A stretch of 64,000 nucleotides of DNA from Hypanus sabinus. Lineage: Eukaryota. The notes below the pieces were generated by a model, which had not been told where the DNA came from, ran no database searches, and worked only from the letters and a program-made list of their open reading frames with translations. The position numbers and the translations under genes are program-made. Location: contig NC_082731.1 in the NCBI RefSeq assembly GCF_030144855.1, positions 10,354,001 through 10,418,000 on the forward strand, read 5' to 3'. Below are positions 25,321 through 39,323 of this stretch, one piece after another (position 1 is the stretch's first letter; every line of letters begins with the position of its first letter).

Positions 25321-26269
25321 AGCCTCGTGAGTCAGATCCTCCCTACTCCAACACTGGTCCACTCACACAATGACTGCTCTGCTTGTCGCTTCCTCGTTTG
25401 TATTTGTTCACTTGCCCACCTCATGTTCACTGTGCAGGTGATTGAGAGGTGGCTATTGGCACAGGCATGCGTGAGAAGGCCCAGAAGAAATGAGACTTTT
25501 AATCCCATAGTATCCTATGTGAGCCCAACCTCCTCCATCCTGCAAACTGTAGGGATCCATGCATTTTCCAAATAGGATCACGGTTTTTTCCTGCACGCAC
25601 CCTTCAGAGAGTGACTTCATCACCCCAGCAACATTATGGATGTGATTCCTCATCCCATTACCCTCAACGGGTCCAACGATTTAATTAAATCTACTCACCA
25701 ACTCTATTCATCCTTGGCTTCTGACTCCTTTGCTGACATTAACATTCAAGGCAAGAAAGCGAATATACAAATTAGGAAATGGACCTGGCCATCCCGTCGC
25801 TAATCCTACTTTTCCACTTCACCGTCGTCAGTCTTATTATGAGCTCTAGCCTTCACTCCCCACCCGTGATATGTGATTGTTCTTTGCTTTGTACGTACCC
25901 ATCCATTTCTCCTTTAACAAGTATTGGAATATCCTTCTACTGCATGTAAGTAATTCCAATATTTGTAATACACTACAAGAGAAAAGAAAACTTTACCTAG
26001 ATGCTGTCATAAAAGAAGGACCTCATATTTATGCTCCAGTTTCCTGCCACATCCGAAAGTCGTGCAGCTGGTTAGTTAATTTTCAAAAGAATATTGTTCA
26101 CAGTGCTTAAAACAATGATAGATCTTGGGTGGAATTGATGTGATTGTGGAGACGAATAAACCAAAATGGATTCATGTAGAATCAGTGTAAGTAACTTGTA
26201 CAAGTTCTGCACACTTTCGGTAGATCGAAACACTTGTTTCTATTTTTTTTCGTTTGTTGCTTTTATTTT

Positions 26270-26520
26270 ATTCAGAGATACAGCACAGAAAGGACTTCAT
26301 TTTGCAACTAGTCACGCCACCCTGTAACTCTCCTATTTAACCCTAACCTAATCAAAGTTCTGTCTTTGGACTTTCGGAGTTAATGAGAGTATCGGGAAGA
26401 AACCCACACGGTGTCGGGGAGACCGAGCAAACTCCTTAGACATGGCGCCGGAATCGAACTCCAAAATAAGACCGGCAGAGCTGCAATATCATTGTGCTAA
26501 CTGTTGATTTACTATGTGCC
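26270..26520 (-). mobile_element. tRNA-derived SINE
   Basis: Minus-strand B-box ggagttcgattccgg followed by ctgtctaaggagtttg..tcttccc. Confidence 0.6.
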
Positions 26521-26639
26521 TTCTGCTTCTCCAAACCTCATTCTAAATATCCACGTTTCCTTCGTCCTTATCGTTTAGACTAATTATAAATATTCGGGAC
26601 CCAACACCTATCCACGTGATTCCAGCGAGCACTTGGCAT

Positions 26640-26880
26640 AACACTATTACCATGTCGGCTGTAAGACTGGGGTTCAATTCCTTTCTGTCAGGTGTTTGTA
26701 CTTTCTTCTCCGTGATTGCGTGTGTTTCCTCCAGGTGCTCCGGTTTTCTCCCATATTACAAAGCCCTATGCTTAGGGTTACTGAGTGTGAGCATGCTATG
26801 TCGGCGCCGGAAACAGCGATTGCTCAGGTTACCCAGCAAATTCCTGGCTAATTTGATTTGACGCTAACGACACTTTTCAC
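26640..26880 (+). mobile_element. tRNA-derived SINE
   Basis: B-box ggttcaattcc, then tgcgtgtgtttcctccaggtgctccggttttctccca; similar copies at ~33400-33660 (+) and ~36890-37085 (-). Confidence 0.65.
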
Positions 26881-27164
26881 GAGTTTGCTTCAGTTTCATC
26901 CCACCGGGTACCGGAAGTTGTCTCTCGTGGTGTAAAACAGGATGTTTAATGGGAAGGGTGGACTTGGAGAATTAATGTGGTATAATGATCAATGTTATCT
27001 AATGCCATGTCGATCTCAGCGGGCACACTGTAAGCTTGCCATGTTGATTCCCACATTCAGTACACCTCAACACGCATCAACAGCAAGATGAAGTTTGAGA
27101 AAATCGTAATTGTGCAGATTATAAAATACAGTGTTGTGAGCTATGGACAGACTGGTAACGTTTC

Positions 27165-28530
27165 AGATTAGATTAGATTAGATTCAACTTTATTGTCCTT
27201 TTGCCGAGTACAGATACAAAACCAATGAAATGTAATTAGCATCTGACCAGAAGTGCGAAAGAATGGTATTATTTACAAAGTAACTGTGAATAAAAAGTAA
27301 GTGCTACAGCAGATACATATAAAAGTACTGAGACAGTTCAATATTGGTGCAATTCTGTTTAGCGCTGTGATGTGAGGTTCAGCAGAGTCACAGCCTCAGG
27401 GAAGAAGCTCTTCTTGAGCCTGCTGGTGCGGGAGCGGAGGCTGCTGCAGCACTTACCAGATGGGAGGAGAGTAAGAAGTCCATGGCTAGGCTGAGGTGCA
27501 TCCTTGATAATGCTTTTCGCTCAGACCAAGCAATGTTTATGGTAGATGTTCTCAATGTTGGGCAACTGGGTGCTTATAACCCGCTGGGCAGTTTACACCA
27601 CCCGCTGGAGTGCTTTGCGGTCCAATACGAGACAATTGCCATATCACACTGAGGTGCAGTACACAGCTCATATTTTTGTTGTGAATATTACATACTCATA
27701 CACTAGTGATCATTAAAGTACAAAGTTCAAAGTATAATTAAAGTACATATACGTCATCATATACAAGCCCAAAATTAATTTTCTTGGTGGTATTTAAATA
27801 ATGAATTTCATTGATTCTATTGAACAGAATAAAATCAATGAATCCCCGTGCACATCAAGATGAACAACCAATGGGCAAAACGTAAACTGTGCAATTCAAT
27901 TTTTAAAAAAGCAAATAAATTAACAGTAATAAATAAATAAACAATAAATATTGACAACATGAGATGATTTTTTTACAGTGATCTGTGGCCTGTGAGAAAG
28001 GCTCAGCAGCAGGTGAATGAATTGAGTGAAGGCATCCTTTCTGGTTCAAAAGCCTGATGGTGAAGGGGTAGTAATTGTTTCTGAATCTGATGGTTTGAGT
28101 CCTGAGGCTTCTGTACCTCCTTTTTGATGGCAGTAGCGAGAAGAGATTGTGGCACGAATGGTGGTGGTCCTCGAAGATAAATGCAGCTTTCCTGTGACAG
28201 CGATCTATGTAGATGTGTTTAATGGCGTGGAGCTCTTTACTCGTGATTAACTGGGCAGTATCCACAACCTTTTTGTAGGCTTTCCACTCAAGGGCATTGG
28301 AATTTCCAATGGTATATTCACCCACATAGCTACATAAGTTTGTCAAAGTTTTAAGTGACATGTTGAATCTTCTCAAACTTCTAAGAAAGCAGTTCTACTG
28401 CTGCGTTATCTTTCTAATGACACTTATGAGCTTTGACTCAGGATAGTTGAGGAATTTGAAGATGAGGACTGGCTCATGGACCCGCGGTTTTCTCCTCCTG
28501 TAGTCAATAATCAGCTCCTTGGTCTTGCTG
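27165..28530 (-). mobile_element. Two Rex1/Babar LINE 3' fragments
   Basis: ORF 27903-28376 (HNLFSLLPSKRRYRSLRTQTIRFRNNYYP); simple-repeat tails (gatta)n at 27165 and aaagttc at ~27720. Confidence 0.75.
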
Positions 28531-28929
28531 ACATTGAGTGAAAGATTTTTATTCTGGCAGCTAGATTTTCAGTCTTCCTTCTCTGTGTTGCTTCGTGAGC
28601 ACCTTTGAAACTGCCAAGCATTTATCAGACGTAATTATAAAGTACAATTCAAGGTACACGACATATTCACTGCAAGCTCTGATACCACTATACTGAATGA
28701 AATACCATTGTTTAAGTCGCCCCTTCAGCCAAAACGTCTTAGAAGCGCGAACATAGTTCTAGATGTAAGTAGTATAGCAGTTGTATTATGCCTAACACAT
28801 GGTCACGAAGAACAACGTAAAATTGATCCAATCATTTCAACGATGTTTTTGAAGATTAATATTTTGCAGGACAGTGATAAACCTCTAACCAAATTAGTAG
28901 CATACGTCTTTTGTTTTTGTTAATTTTAG

Positions 28930-29283
28930 CAAGGCAACCGATCGCACCAAACATCAATCTTGTCTATTCTGTAACTGACAAACAATAGGCACAGGGTTTT
29001 GTGGAATTGATTTGTGTCATGAGGTTTCACGTAGTCTAGTGTAGCTTTGTGTTGAAAACACAATTACCTGAAAACATCATAGTGATCTGACAGAAAAACG
29101 GACCAGCCGTACATTCTGCCTTTACCATCAGTCCTCCGGTTAAAACATCAAACAGAACGTTTACCTCAGAAAGCGTGCTCAAAGTGCCGCTGAATAAATG
29201 GGCCGGTGGTGCTGTGTATTCGTGCCAAGTATTCCACTCTGCAACGAGCAGCAACATCCGCAAAGACATACGAACTGAGTCTG
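28930..29283 (+). pseudogene. IgNAR: IgNAR C1 exon, disrupted
   Basis: ARQPIAPNINLVYSVTDKQ*AQGFVELICVM[insert]PENIIVI*QKN...VLKVPLNKWAGGAVYSCQVFHSATSSNIRKDIRTES. Stops at 28986, 29037 (inside the insert) and 29088 (conserved Trp); ttttag| and |gtgaga splice sites. Confidence 0.9.
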
Positions 29284-29617
29284 GTGAGAGGGAATTCCCA
29301 ATTTACAAGTGAAATATTTCCTCTTTCATTCTCAGTTTTACAGTTCTTGGGTTGCGATCATTTATCAACGCGATTTAAAAAGAACCAGATTAGTAAAGAT
29401 TGAGATGCCTGTTAATATAAAGTTCGGATAAGGGACAGACTGGAATTTGATTCTGAACGTTTAGTCAGCAAACATGAAATATTAGACATAAGAATTCCAA
29501 ACAAATCTTGGAAACTGTAGTCAAAATATCTCATGTTGCATCAGCGAATATTGATTTCCGATCACGTTAATGCATCGAATAGAATTTGTGTATCCTAATA
29601 GCTTCTAAGGAATCCAA

Positions 29618-29850
29618 ATCAAGTCAAGTCAAGTAGCTTTTATTGTCATTTCAACCATAGCTGCTGGTGCAGTACACAGTTAAAACGAAACAACGATCGT
29701 CCAGGACCATGCTGCTATGTGAAACAACACAAAACTACATCAGACTTCAAGCCTACACGGGACTCTGTGAAGTGCACAAAACAGAGCAAGACAGTATAAT
29801 AACCAAGACAATAGGCACAGTAAAGGAAAAATTACAATATAATAATAAAT
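29618..29850 (-). mobile_element. Rex1/Babar-type LINE 3' UTR with (tcaag)n tail
   Basis: tcaagtcaagtcaagtagcttttattgtcatttcaacc... pattern. Confidence 0.55.
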
Positions 29851-30381
29851 GATTAAAAGAGGATCACGGGCAAAGGGTGCTGAAAGATATTCTGCACTCC
29901 TCTTTAAATGTCGTTGCACGTTAAATTTTATGGATATGTTATATCCCTGGCTGGAATCAGCATGCAACAATGAAAGTGTAGGAAAATAAATAAATGAAAG
30001 GAAGAAAGTAGTCGAGGCAACGACCCGACAACTCAAACCGTTAAACTTTGTGCTAAACTGGTCTTTCATTCTTGCATAAATACATGGAATGACCTTAGAC
30101 GCTGCATATTTTGGCACCTTTTTCCATCTAATAATCGCTTCCACGATCTAGCTTTCTGTGTTCTGTCCTCCCTCAGAATGCCTCTGTGGCTAGCTCCATA
30201 CCTCTGACTATTCTGCCAGAAGCCACCGACCCTTTCCCCACTCCGGTATTTTATCACTGTCGTCCTTTCAGGGAAAGTCTGAATGTATCCGTCCCTTCAC
30301 CCTTCTTTATTATGAAATTGAAATCATTGCTATATTTCAGGTTCGTCATCAATAAATCGTCCTCTCAATTTTGTGTTCTAG

Positions 30382-30684
30382 GTTTTGCATTGTTACTCAG
30401 AGATCCTACCGTTGAAGAAATATGGATAAACAAAACTGCCACACTGGTGTGTGAAGTGATCGCCACAACTCCAGCTGAGGTTTCCATCCCCTGGACAGTG
30501 GGTGGAAAGAAAAGGGCTGATGGTGTTCAAACAGGACACGCAACAAAGATCGGAAGCCAGTACATGACAGTCGAGCGTTTGACCAGCAGCGTTGCCGAGT
30601 GGGACAGCGGGGTAGAATATTCCTGCTCGGTGCAGAACAATCAATTAGGTACTCCGTTATCAAAACGGACACGAAACACAAAAG
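30382..30684 (+). CDS. IgNAR: IgNAR C2 exon (open; part of the pseudogene)
   Basis: GFALLLRDPTVEEIWINKTATLVCEV...W...LTSSVAEWDSGVEYSCSV...KRTRNTK; both Cys and the Trp present; weak donor GTGGAT. Confidence 0.92.
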
Positions 30685-30839
30685 GTGGATGCAATAAGCA
30701 CAATCGAACTGCAAAGCAGTGTAGATGCAGAAAGAGGAACAGGAAGTGCTGGATGTCAGGCAACAGATTGCAGAGCAAAACAGGCATGATTGTGAGCCAG
30801 TTGCCCTCTGACAGAGCCGTAAGCTAATACATAATTCAG

Positions 30840-31150
30840 GGAAAGACTCAGGGGAGTTGAGAGTTTGAGGGCATAAGTTTAAGGGTAACACGAAGGGGAA
30901 CTTATTTACTCAGAGAGTGATAGCTGTGTGGAACGAGCTTCCAGTAGAAGTGGTAGAGGCATGTTCGATATTGTCATTAAAAAAAAAATTGGAAAGGTGT
31001 ACAGAAAGGAAAGGAATGGAGGGTTATGGGCTGAGTGCAGGTCAGTGGGACTAGGTGACAGTAAGCGCTCGACACGGACTTGAAGGGCCGAGATGGCCTG
31101 TTTCCGTGTTGTAATTGTAATATGGTTATATGGCTATTTTATGTGGTTAT
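30840..31150 (+). mobile_element. CR1 3'-end fragment
   Basis: ttatttactcagagagtgatagctgtgtggaacgagcttccag...gggttatgggctgag. Confidence 0.7.
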
Positions 31151-32628
31151 AAGTCTGGCGTTGCGACAATTACGTCACCAATAACATTTCCCCGATGCAT
31201 TGTTAACAGAAATGTTGGAGACATATGGTCCTAGAACATAGGAGCAGCCTCTTCGGCCCAGTTAAACTGTGTGCATCGGCACTAAGGAGTTGTACATTTT
31301 TAAATCTTTTTGTAGTTTCAACAACTCCTCACAGAGTTTACCCTCAACCTCCACATTAGGGATAAATTACAGTAGTCAATGTAGCTAGTATCTACATGTT
31401 TATCGACATGAGAATTGAAAACCCTAAATTAAATGTGGTTTGTGTCAGCCATACCAATAGCGGTATCCCTGTGTTACCACATTCAATCGTCGTAGAGTCA
31501 TAAAATGAGCCAACACGGAAATATAGTTGTCCCTCTGAAACCCATGTTAAATGCTGTTTCACGTCTATCTCAATCCAAAGTGCAGTAACAAAAAAAAACT
31601 TTTGTCTTTCCTATTTCAGTGATCGTCCAAGTACTTTCTCAATATGGTGACCACGATCAAGATATCAGCCATTTCTTTTGACATACCTGTCCCTAAAGCT
31701 CCTTCTCTTAACTTAATCATATGCTCTCTTTGGATTCCATGCCAGTAAATAAGGAACGATGATGGCAATGTAGTTTTTCTTTGTCGCTAATAATTGTATA
31801 TGGTTTTATCCTATCACTCCTTAGTTCCCTTCACTCCAAAGAAAACAAGCCAAGCCTACCTAATTACTCCCCATAATTGAGGTTCTCCAGTCCAGTTAAC
31901 ATACAGTTGAATATGATATCCAGTCTTTCCAGTGCAGTGACATTCATTTTATAAAGTGACGATCAGAACTGAACTACTTATTTCAAACGCGAGTGCACGA
32001 GTGTTTGGTAAAATTAAAACAGAGCTTCGGAAGATTCACATGCTAAACCCCGATCTATGAAGGCAAGTATGTCATGTTCTTTTGCCAACATTCGATCTAG
32101 CGGTGCTGCCACTTTCAGTATACTATGGACTTGAACTTCAGTATATCTCTGTTCATAAAAGTTTCTTAATAATGAGACATTAAAGTTCATGTGCCGCCGA
32201 ACGTTTAACTTTCTATTTGATCTGTGTCTTGTCGCAGGCTTAGACACCAAGCCTCACGATTCAACAAGTTTATTGTCAGCCATAACCTCAGGAATTATAT
32301 TTCCTATATGTTCATACAAATCGTTATTTCTATCACAAACAACAAAAATCACAGTACTGTGGTACGCCGCATGTAGCATATTTCCGAACAGAAAGTTATT
32401 GCCACCATTACCCTTAGCAGCTCACTAACAAGTAGGCTGCTCACCATGGAGTCTTAAACAAATTGACAAGCGTATTGATAGAAACCTTGTCAAATAGAAA
32501 GGGGGGGGGGGCAATGTTTCTTCTCCGCAGATCCTACAAGTCCAGCTGAGTACTTGCACTGTTTCATTGCAACCACATTTCAGAAAGAAAGTTTTTGGAG
32601 ATTAATACTGGTTGACTTTCTCTTCCAG

Positions 32629-32946
32629 CCAAACCATTGGAACCAAAGGTACGCCTCTTGCCACCGTCTCCAGAGGAGACTCAAACTACGGGTATCGCTA
32701 TACTCACATTCATGATAACGGGATTCTACCCCGATGACATAACCGTTTTGTGGCAGAAGGACGGAGCCGCGTTCCACTCGAACGCTACCAACTTCTCCAC
32801 GGCACTTCAACAGGACATGGCCTTCAGCACGAGAAGCCTCCTTTACTTGACTTCAGCCGATTGGAAGAAGGACGCAAGATACTCCTGTGTCGTCACGCAC
32901 TCACCTTCAAAATCTACTGTGAAAGCAAACATCAGGACACCGAAAG
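32629..32946 (+). CDS. IgNAR: IgNAR C3 exon (open, first canonical Cys replaced by Phe)
   Basis: AKPLEPKVRLLPPSPEE...ILTFMITGFYPDD...WQKD...FSTRSLLYLTSADWKKDARYSCVVTH; ttccag| and |GTAAGT. Confidence 0.92.
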
Positions 32947-33689
32947 GTAAGTAAAAGTTTGCCAGTATACACACATCCATTCTGTGTTCGAAAATCCCAG
33001 ACAAAAGATAAAATGCATCAACCGCCTGCAATGAGCAGAGTGGAACGATCATTGTAATGTACTATAGTAGTAATCAGACCTCTCTGATGGTCTGATAAAA
33101 TAACATATATGAGCGTCAACTAAGATTCATAAGATGCAAAGGGATCACTGTTGAACCTGCGAAGACAAATTCATTATAATATTAAATTGTCTCACCAATA
33201 GGAGCTAAATAGGGTAAAGCTGAAGGAATATGTACGGACATTAATTGTTGAATGACAATATGAATGGAGCCCATTCTTGGCGTTTCTGATTATATTCTAA
33301 GGAGATTGTTTAATGGGCCACACTTGTAAACAAACGTTTTTTAAGCTCAATTAAAGTATAATCAATAAACAGGAATTAGCATGCTAATAATTCACAGGTA
33401 ACGGAGGATGGTTTAACGATGGCATGAATAATTGGGTGGGACCATCCTCTGTAAGGATTTTGTACGTCCTTTCTGTGCAATGCGTGGATTTCCTCCTATT
33501 TCTCCGATTTCCTTCAACAGTTTAAAGATTTACCGGTTAGTAAGTTAATTGGTCGTTGTAAATTGTCCAGTGATTAGGCCAGGGTTATATCAGCAGTTGC
33601 TGGCGGAGCTGCCCGAATGGCCGGACGGCCCTATTCTGCGCTATATCTTAGAATAAATAAACAAATGTAGGTCCAACTAACTGATGTGA

Positions 33690-36600
33690 GTCATAGAAAC
33701 ATAGAAAACCGACAGCGCAATACAGGCCCTCCGGCCCACAAAGTTGTGCCAAACATGTCCCGACCTTAGAAGTTACGAGGCATACCTATAGCCCTCTACT
33801 TTTCTAAGCTCCATTTATCTTTCTGAAAGCCTCTTAACAGACCCTATCGTATCTACCTCCACCACCGTTGCCGGCAGCCCATTCCACGCATTCACCACTG
33901 TAGAAAACTTACCCCTGACATCTCCTCTGTACCAGCTCCCCAGCACCATAAACCACTGTCCTCTTGTGGCAACCAGTTAGGCCCTGGGAAAACGGCTCTG
34001 ACTATCTACACGATCAATGCCTCTCATCATCTTATACATTTCTATCAGATCACCTCTCATCCTCCATCGATCCAAGTAGAAAAGGCCAAGTTCACTCAAC
34101 CTATTCTCATAAGGCATGCTCCCCAATCCAGGAGACATCCTTGTAAATCTCCTCTGCACCATTTCTATGGCTTCCACATCCTTCCTGTAATAAGGCGACC
34201 AGAACTGAGCACATTACTCCAAGAGGGTCCTGACCAGGATCGTATATAGCTGCAACATTACCTCTCGACTCCTAAATTCAATTCCACGATTAGTACAGTA
34301 AGTATTGAAATCCTCCGTGCCATCAGCAGCCATCTGACCTGGACTGGAGAAAACACGACTGAGTGGAATACTTTCGACCTGACGACTTGTCAGTTTTTTT
34401 CTCTCGCATGCTGTGATTGGTCCTCGGCCTGGATCTCACAACAAAACATGATATCATCCACGACTATCTATAGGAAGGTTAGGGATTTCAGGCATATCCG
34501 TTTTATGGAGAAACTGAAATGAAATTCACAGGAAGATGCAAAGTCGACATAGTTCTGTCAATTACTTGGATCATTAGATCCCATTATACAGCGAACATTA
34601 ATTTAACGGTACAGCATGGAGTAGGCTATTTCTGTCTTTCGAGCCACGCCACACCAAAAGCTGCACAATCCTGATCAACCTTAACCTAATTGTCGGGTAA
34701 ATTTTACAGTAAGACCAAAAAACCATGAAATAGGAACAGAATTGGGCTATTCAGCTCATCGAGTCTGCTCCGTCATTCCATTATGGCTGATCCCGGAACC
34801 CACTCAACCCCATATGCCTGCCTTCTCACCATGTCCTTTGATGCCCTTACCGATCAGAAAACGATCAACTTCCACACTAACTATATGCACGGGCGGCCTA
34901 CTCCACAGTCTGTGGCAGAGCATTCCACAAATCTACTACTCGCTGGCTGAAAAAATTCCTCCTTACGTCTGTTCTAAAGGGTCGCCCGTCAATGTTGAGG
35001 CTGTGCCATCCAGGTCTCGATACCCTACATCCTTTCCACATCACCCTATCTTGTCCTTTCAACATAGGGAGGTTTCAATTGGATCCACACGCATACTCCT
35101 AAATTCCAGTAAGTACAGTCCCAAAGCTGCCACACGCTCCGCAAAATGTTTTCCCCATCATTCCTGGAATCATCCTCGGGAACCTCCTCTGGACTCTCTC
35201 CAATGGCAACACATCCTTTCTGTGATATTGGGCCTTAAACTGTTGACAATGCTTTTAGTGCGGCCTGATTAGTGCCTTATAAATGCTCAGCACAAAGTCC
35301 TTGCTATTCCCCTCGAAATAAATGCCAACGTTGCATTGGCTTTCTTTACCACAAACTCAACCTGTAAATCAACCTTCTGGTTGTCTTGCACGAGCACATC
35401 TAAGTCCCTCTGCACCTCTGATATTTGAAACTTTTCCCCATTTAGATGATAGTCTGCACTATTGATCCTTCTACCAAAATGTATTATCATACATTTCCCA
35501 ACACTGTTTTCCATCTGACACCTTTTGTCCATTCTTCCAATTTCTCTAAGCCCTGCTGCAATTGCTTTGCTTCCTCAGCACTACCTGCTCCTTCACCTTT
35601 CTTCGTATCATGCGCAAATTTTGCCACAAAGCCATCAATTCCACTATGTGAACCATTGATAAACAATGTGAAAAGCAGGTGTCCTATTCCTGACCCATGG
35701 GGAACACCACAGGTCACCGGCAGCCGAACAGAAAAAGGTTTCTTTTATTCCCATTCACTGCCTCCTGCCTGTCAGGTATTCTGGAACCCATACTAGCATC
35801 TTTCCGGTAAAGAGATACGTTTTTATCTTGCTGAGCAGCCTCAATTGTGGCATCTTACCACACCCCTTCTAAAAATCCAAGTAAATGATATTCACACCCT
35901 CGCCTCTGTCCACCCTGGTTGTTACTTCTGCGAAGAATTCTAAACGATTTGTCAGGCAAGATTTCCCTTCACAGAAACCATGCTTACTTTGACCTTTTTA
36001 ACATTAGTCTCCAAGTAGCTCAAAACTTCACCCTTAGTAATAGATCCAACATTTTCCCAACCACTTAGATTAGGCTAACTGGCCTATAACCCTCCCTCCT
36101 TAACGAGTGGAATGACATTTGCCATTTTCCAGACCTCCCGGACCATGCCAGAATCAAGTGGTTCTTGAAAGTTCATGGCCAATGCATCCGTTAACTCTTC
36201 AGCAACCTCTCTCAGGAGTCTGGGATGTAAACCATTTGACCTAGGTTACTTATGTACCTTAAGAACTTTAAGTTTGCCTGGCACTATTTTCCTTTGTAAT
36301 AGCAATGGCACTCACTGCTGCTCTCTGATGCCCATAGACCTCTGGCACACTGCTAGTGTTTTCCATAGTGAATATAGATGCAAAATACCCATTACGTTCA
36401 TCTGACATTTCTTTGTCCCCATTACTACCTTACCAGCATCATTTTCTAATGGTCCAATATTACCTCTCACTTTCCTTTTACCCTTCATATAATTAAAAAA
36501 ATAATACCTTGCTTTATATTATTGGCTAGTCTGTCCTCAACTTTCACATTTTCCCTTATAGCATTTTTTATCTGTGTTTTGTTTGATTTTAAAAGCTTCC

Positions 36601-36870
36601 CAATCATTTACATTCCCTTTCCATTCTGCTACCTTATATTCCCTTTCCTTGGCTTATACGCAGTCCTTATCTTCCTTTGTCAGCCACGGTTTCCTGCCCC
36701 TTCCATTTCAGACCTGCATCCTCTGTGGCACATATCTATCCTGCGCCTTGTGGAACTATTCCCAGAAACTTCAGCCATCTCTGCTCTGCAGTTATCCCCG
36801 CCAATATCCTCTTCCAATCTACCTGGACAAGCTCCTCTCTCATGCATCTGTAATTCCATGTATTCCATTG
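33690..36870 (-). mobile_element. CR1 LINE fragments (33690-34290 and 34720-36870) in the C3-C4 intron
   Basis: VQRRFTRMSPGL, RMRGDLIEMYK, GVPHGSGIGHLLF, VAKFAHDTK and related motifs. Confidence 0.85.
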
Positions 36871-39002
36871 CGATACAGATACATGCGAGTTATGCTTCTC
36901 AATGACCCCAACTAACCAAACCGGTATGTTTTTCTTTGACTCTGGGAAGAAACTGGAGCAGCTGGGGAAAACCCGTGCATTCCATGCGGACAACGTAGAG
37001 AATCCTCATTGAACAGCGCAGGCATTAAACTCCGAACTCCAACACGTTCTGAGCGGTAATACCGTCGCGTTACCGTGGCTCCGTGTTGTTGGTTGGCAAA
37101 GGTCGGAGCCACTAATTGCACCAAAGAAAATAATGAAAATCAATTATACAAGCACAATAACGTCGTCGTATTAGATGGTTAGGGCAGTTTCGTACCCTTC
37201 ATGAGTGAACTCCTTTCCATGATAAGCGCAGATGATCGTTCAAGTAAGCATATCGAACAAATCCAATCGCAATGCCTCATCAAATGAAGCAGTCCATGTC
37301 TTCTTGCGGGAAGATCGATATCATATCCTAAAGCTGGTACTGACTGCAAAGTGAGATTTCTACGACATAATTTCTAGACAATAACTAAAATAAATTATAA
37401 CAATCTGCTCTGCATATTCAGTGTTTCACGCACAAGAAAATTCAGACCACTCCGAACACCAACATTTTCCAGTTTCCGACCATTCATAAAATATATTATC
37501 GTCATATTTATTTCTCCTCGGTCGGGATCCTCACGCTTTCCAAGTAACATTCAATCTGCTGAGTACTGAACGATTTACTTATCTTGTGTAAATCCCACCA
37601 AATTCTCCCAGAATCTTTCCCACAGCCCACAATGCCACATAACTTGTATTCCCAGTAATCATATTACAGTACATCCCCCAGTAATATAATTGAAATAGAT
37701 TCAGAGTATCTGAGGCCCCAGTATCGATCACCGTGATGTCCTGTTTGCCACAGCTTTTAGGGCCATAAACCCTTAAAGGGTTCGCTTCTGGTACATGGTT
37801 GCTGTACTGTTTAACATGCACAAAATGGACTGCTTTTATTCACCCGTGCTACTCTGACAGTGTCACCCAAACAGAAAATACCATGATGGACAGGGGCTTC
37901 AAATACGCGGGTGTCACTTGGAAATAGAGTATGGCACCTTCCTTTCAGTTTCGATGGGTTTATATTCTGTAACTCGCTACCCAACAGCTTTGAAAATTAT
38001 GCTTCGCCAGAAGCATTAAAGCAATTCAGGAAAATAGCTCACATTTTCTATGCAAGACCGGTAAACCATGAACTTACTAGCTGCATCGAGAATCGAAAAA
38101 AAAAGTAATAAAGCAAAATTACTAGAGGCTCATACACATTTGAAAGTGAATTGATCCTCCAAATGTTACTGTATTTTAATACCACAGTTTATATTTTTTC
38201 TGGAATGCGTTGGGTGGTAAATAATGCAGGTGTCGGCTCATACATCGCAGTAGAGTTTTATATTTTTAAGATCAAGTAAGTGGAAGCGCTTCCTTCGAAT
38301 ACGTGATTCCATTACATTTTATGGCACGTGGTAACCTACGGAGTCAACGTGGCCGCTTCCGTTTCACGTTACTGGCAAATTTTCCTATTTCTGGTGGAGT
38401 AACGCCCACAAAATATGACCGAAAATATTGAAGGACTGGCAGTACGTCCTCGGTTCGTAAAGTAGTGATGTATTGAATGCTAATCACAGAACATGTGCTT
38501 TATTAGAAATCAGTGGCATGTTATATTTTGTTTTCTTATTTCCAAGAGCGTGCTACTCCGTCCATAATGGAGAAGATACTGCAGTTTTCACTGAGGATAA
38601 CTTTCCGCTTAATAGTTCTTTTCGATCAACTTCTTTTAGAATCACACTGTGGACTTTTGCTCATTTTGTGTGAATACCTTTGAAGGAAGCCTCAGTATTT
38701 TGAAGATCTAAGGGGGAACGTTTGCATCCCTGAATGGGAAAAATACTTACTGTTAAAGTCATGTCAGTATACTGTTTGCGCTGTTGTTTCTATAGTCGGG
38801 AAAATCAATGAGGATATCAGACAAGGAAGATAGAGGAGTCTGGTTGATAAGGCCAGAATAGCTGTATTAAGGAAGCAGAAAAAAATGTCACAGAGAAATG
38901 CATAGTAGTGGGATTACGAGCAACTACGGCCTGGTTATAGTTGTTATAATCCACATCTGAAACATCACAGAATGAATATAACCATTCTCACTTTTTTGCC
39001 AG

Positions 39003-39323
39003 AAGAATGCCGTGTGGCTGACATTAATGCCATCATAAAAAAGCCTTCTTTTGAAGAGATTTGGACGCTTCGGAGGGCAACCATTGTGTGCGAAGTGGTT
39101 TACACAGATTTACAGGACGTCACAGTCTCCTGGCGAGTAAATGGGAGTCGGAGAATGAACGGAGTAGAGACTCGCGGTCCAGAGAGGAGGGGAAGTAAAT
39201 CCGTCATCATCAGCAAACTGAAGATCAGTGCAGAGGAGTGGAACAGTGGAACCGAATACCTGTGCTTCGTAGAATACCGTGATCTGCCAACACCACTGAA
39301 AACCGCCACCAAAAAGTCCAAGT
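39003..39323 (+). CDS. IgNAR: IgNAR C4 exon (open)
   Basis: EECRVADINAIIKKPSFEEIWTLRRATIVCEVVY...SWRVNG...SKLKISAEEWNSGTEYLCFVE..LPTP; N-terminal interchain Cys retained; ccag| and |GTAAGC. Confidence 0.93.

Noticed and set aside
37579-37821. ORF containing VIDTGAS, an aspartic-protease-like motif
   Set aside because: No second protease motif (GxD), no adjacent gag or RT, and no LTR.
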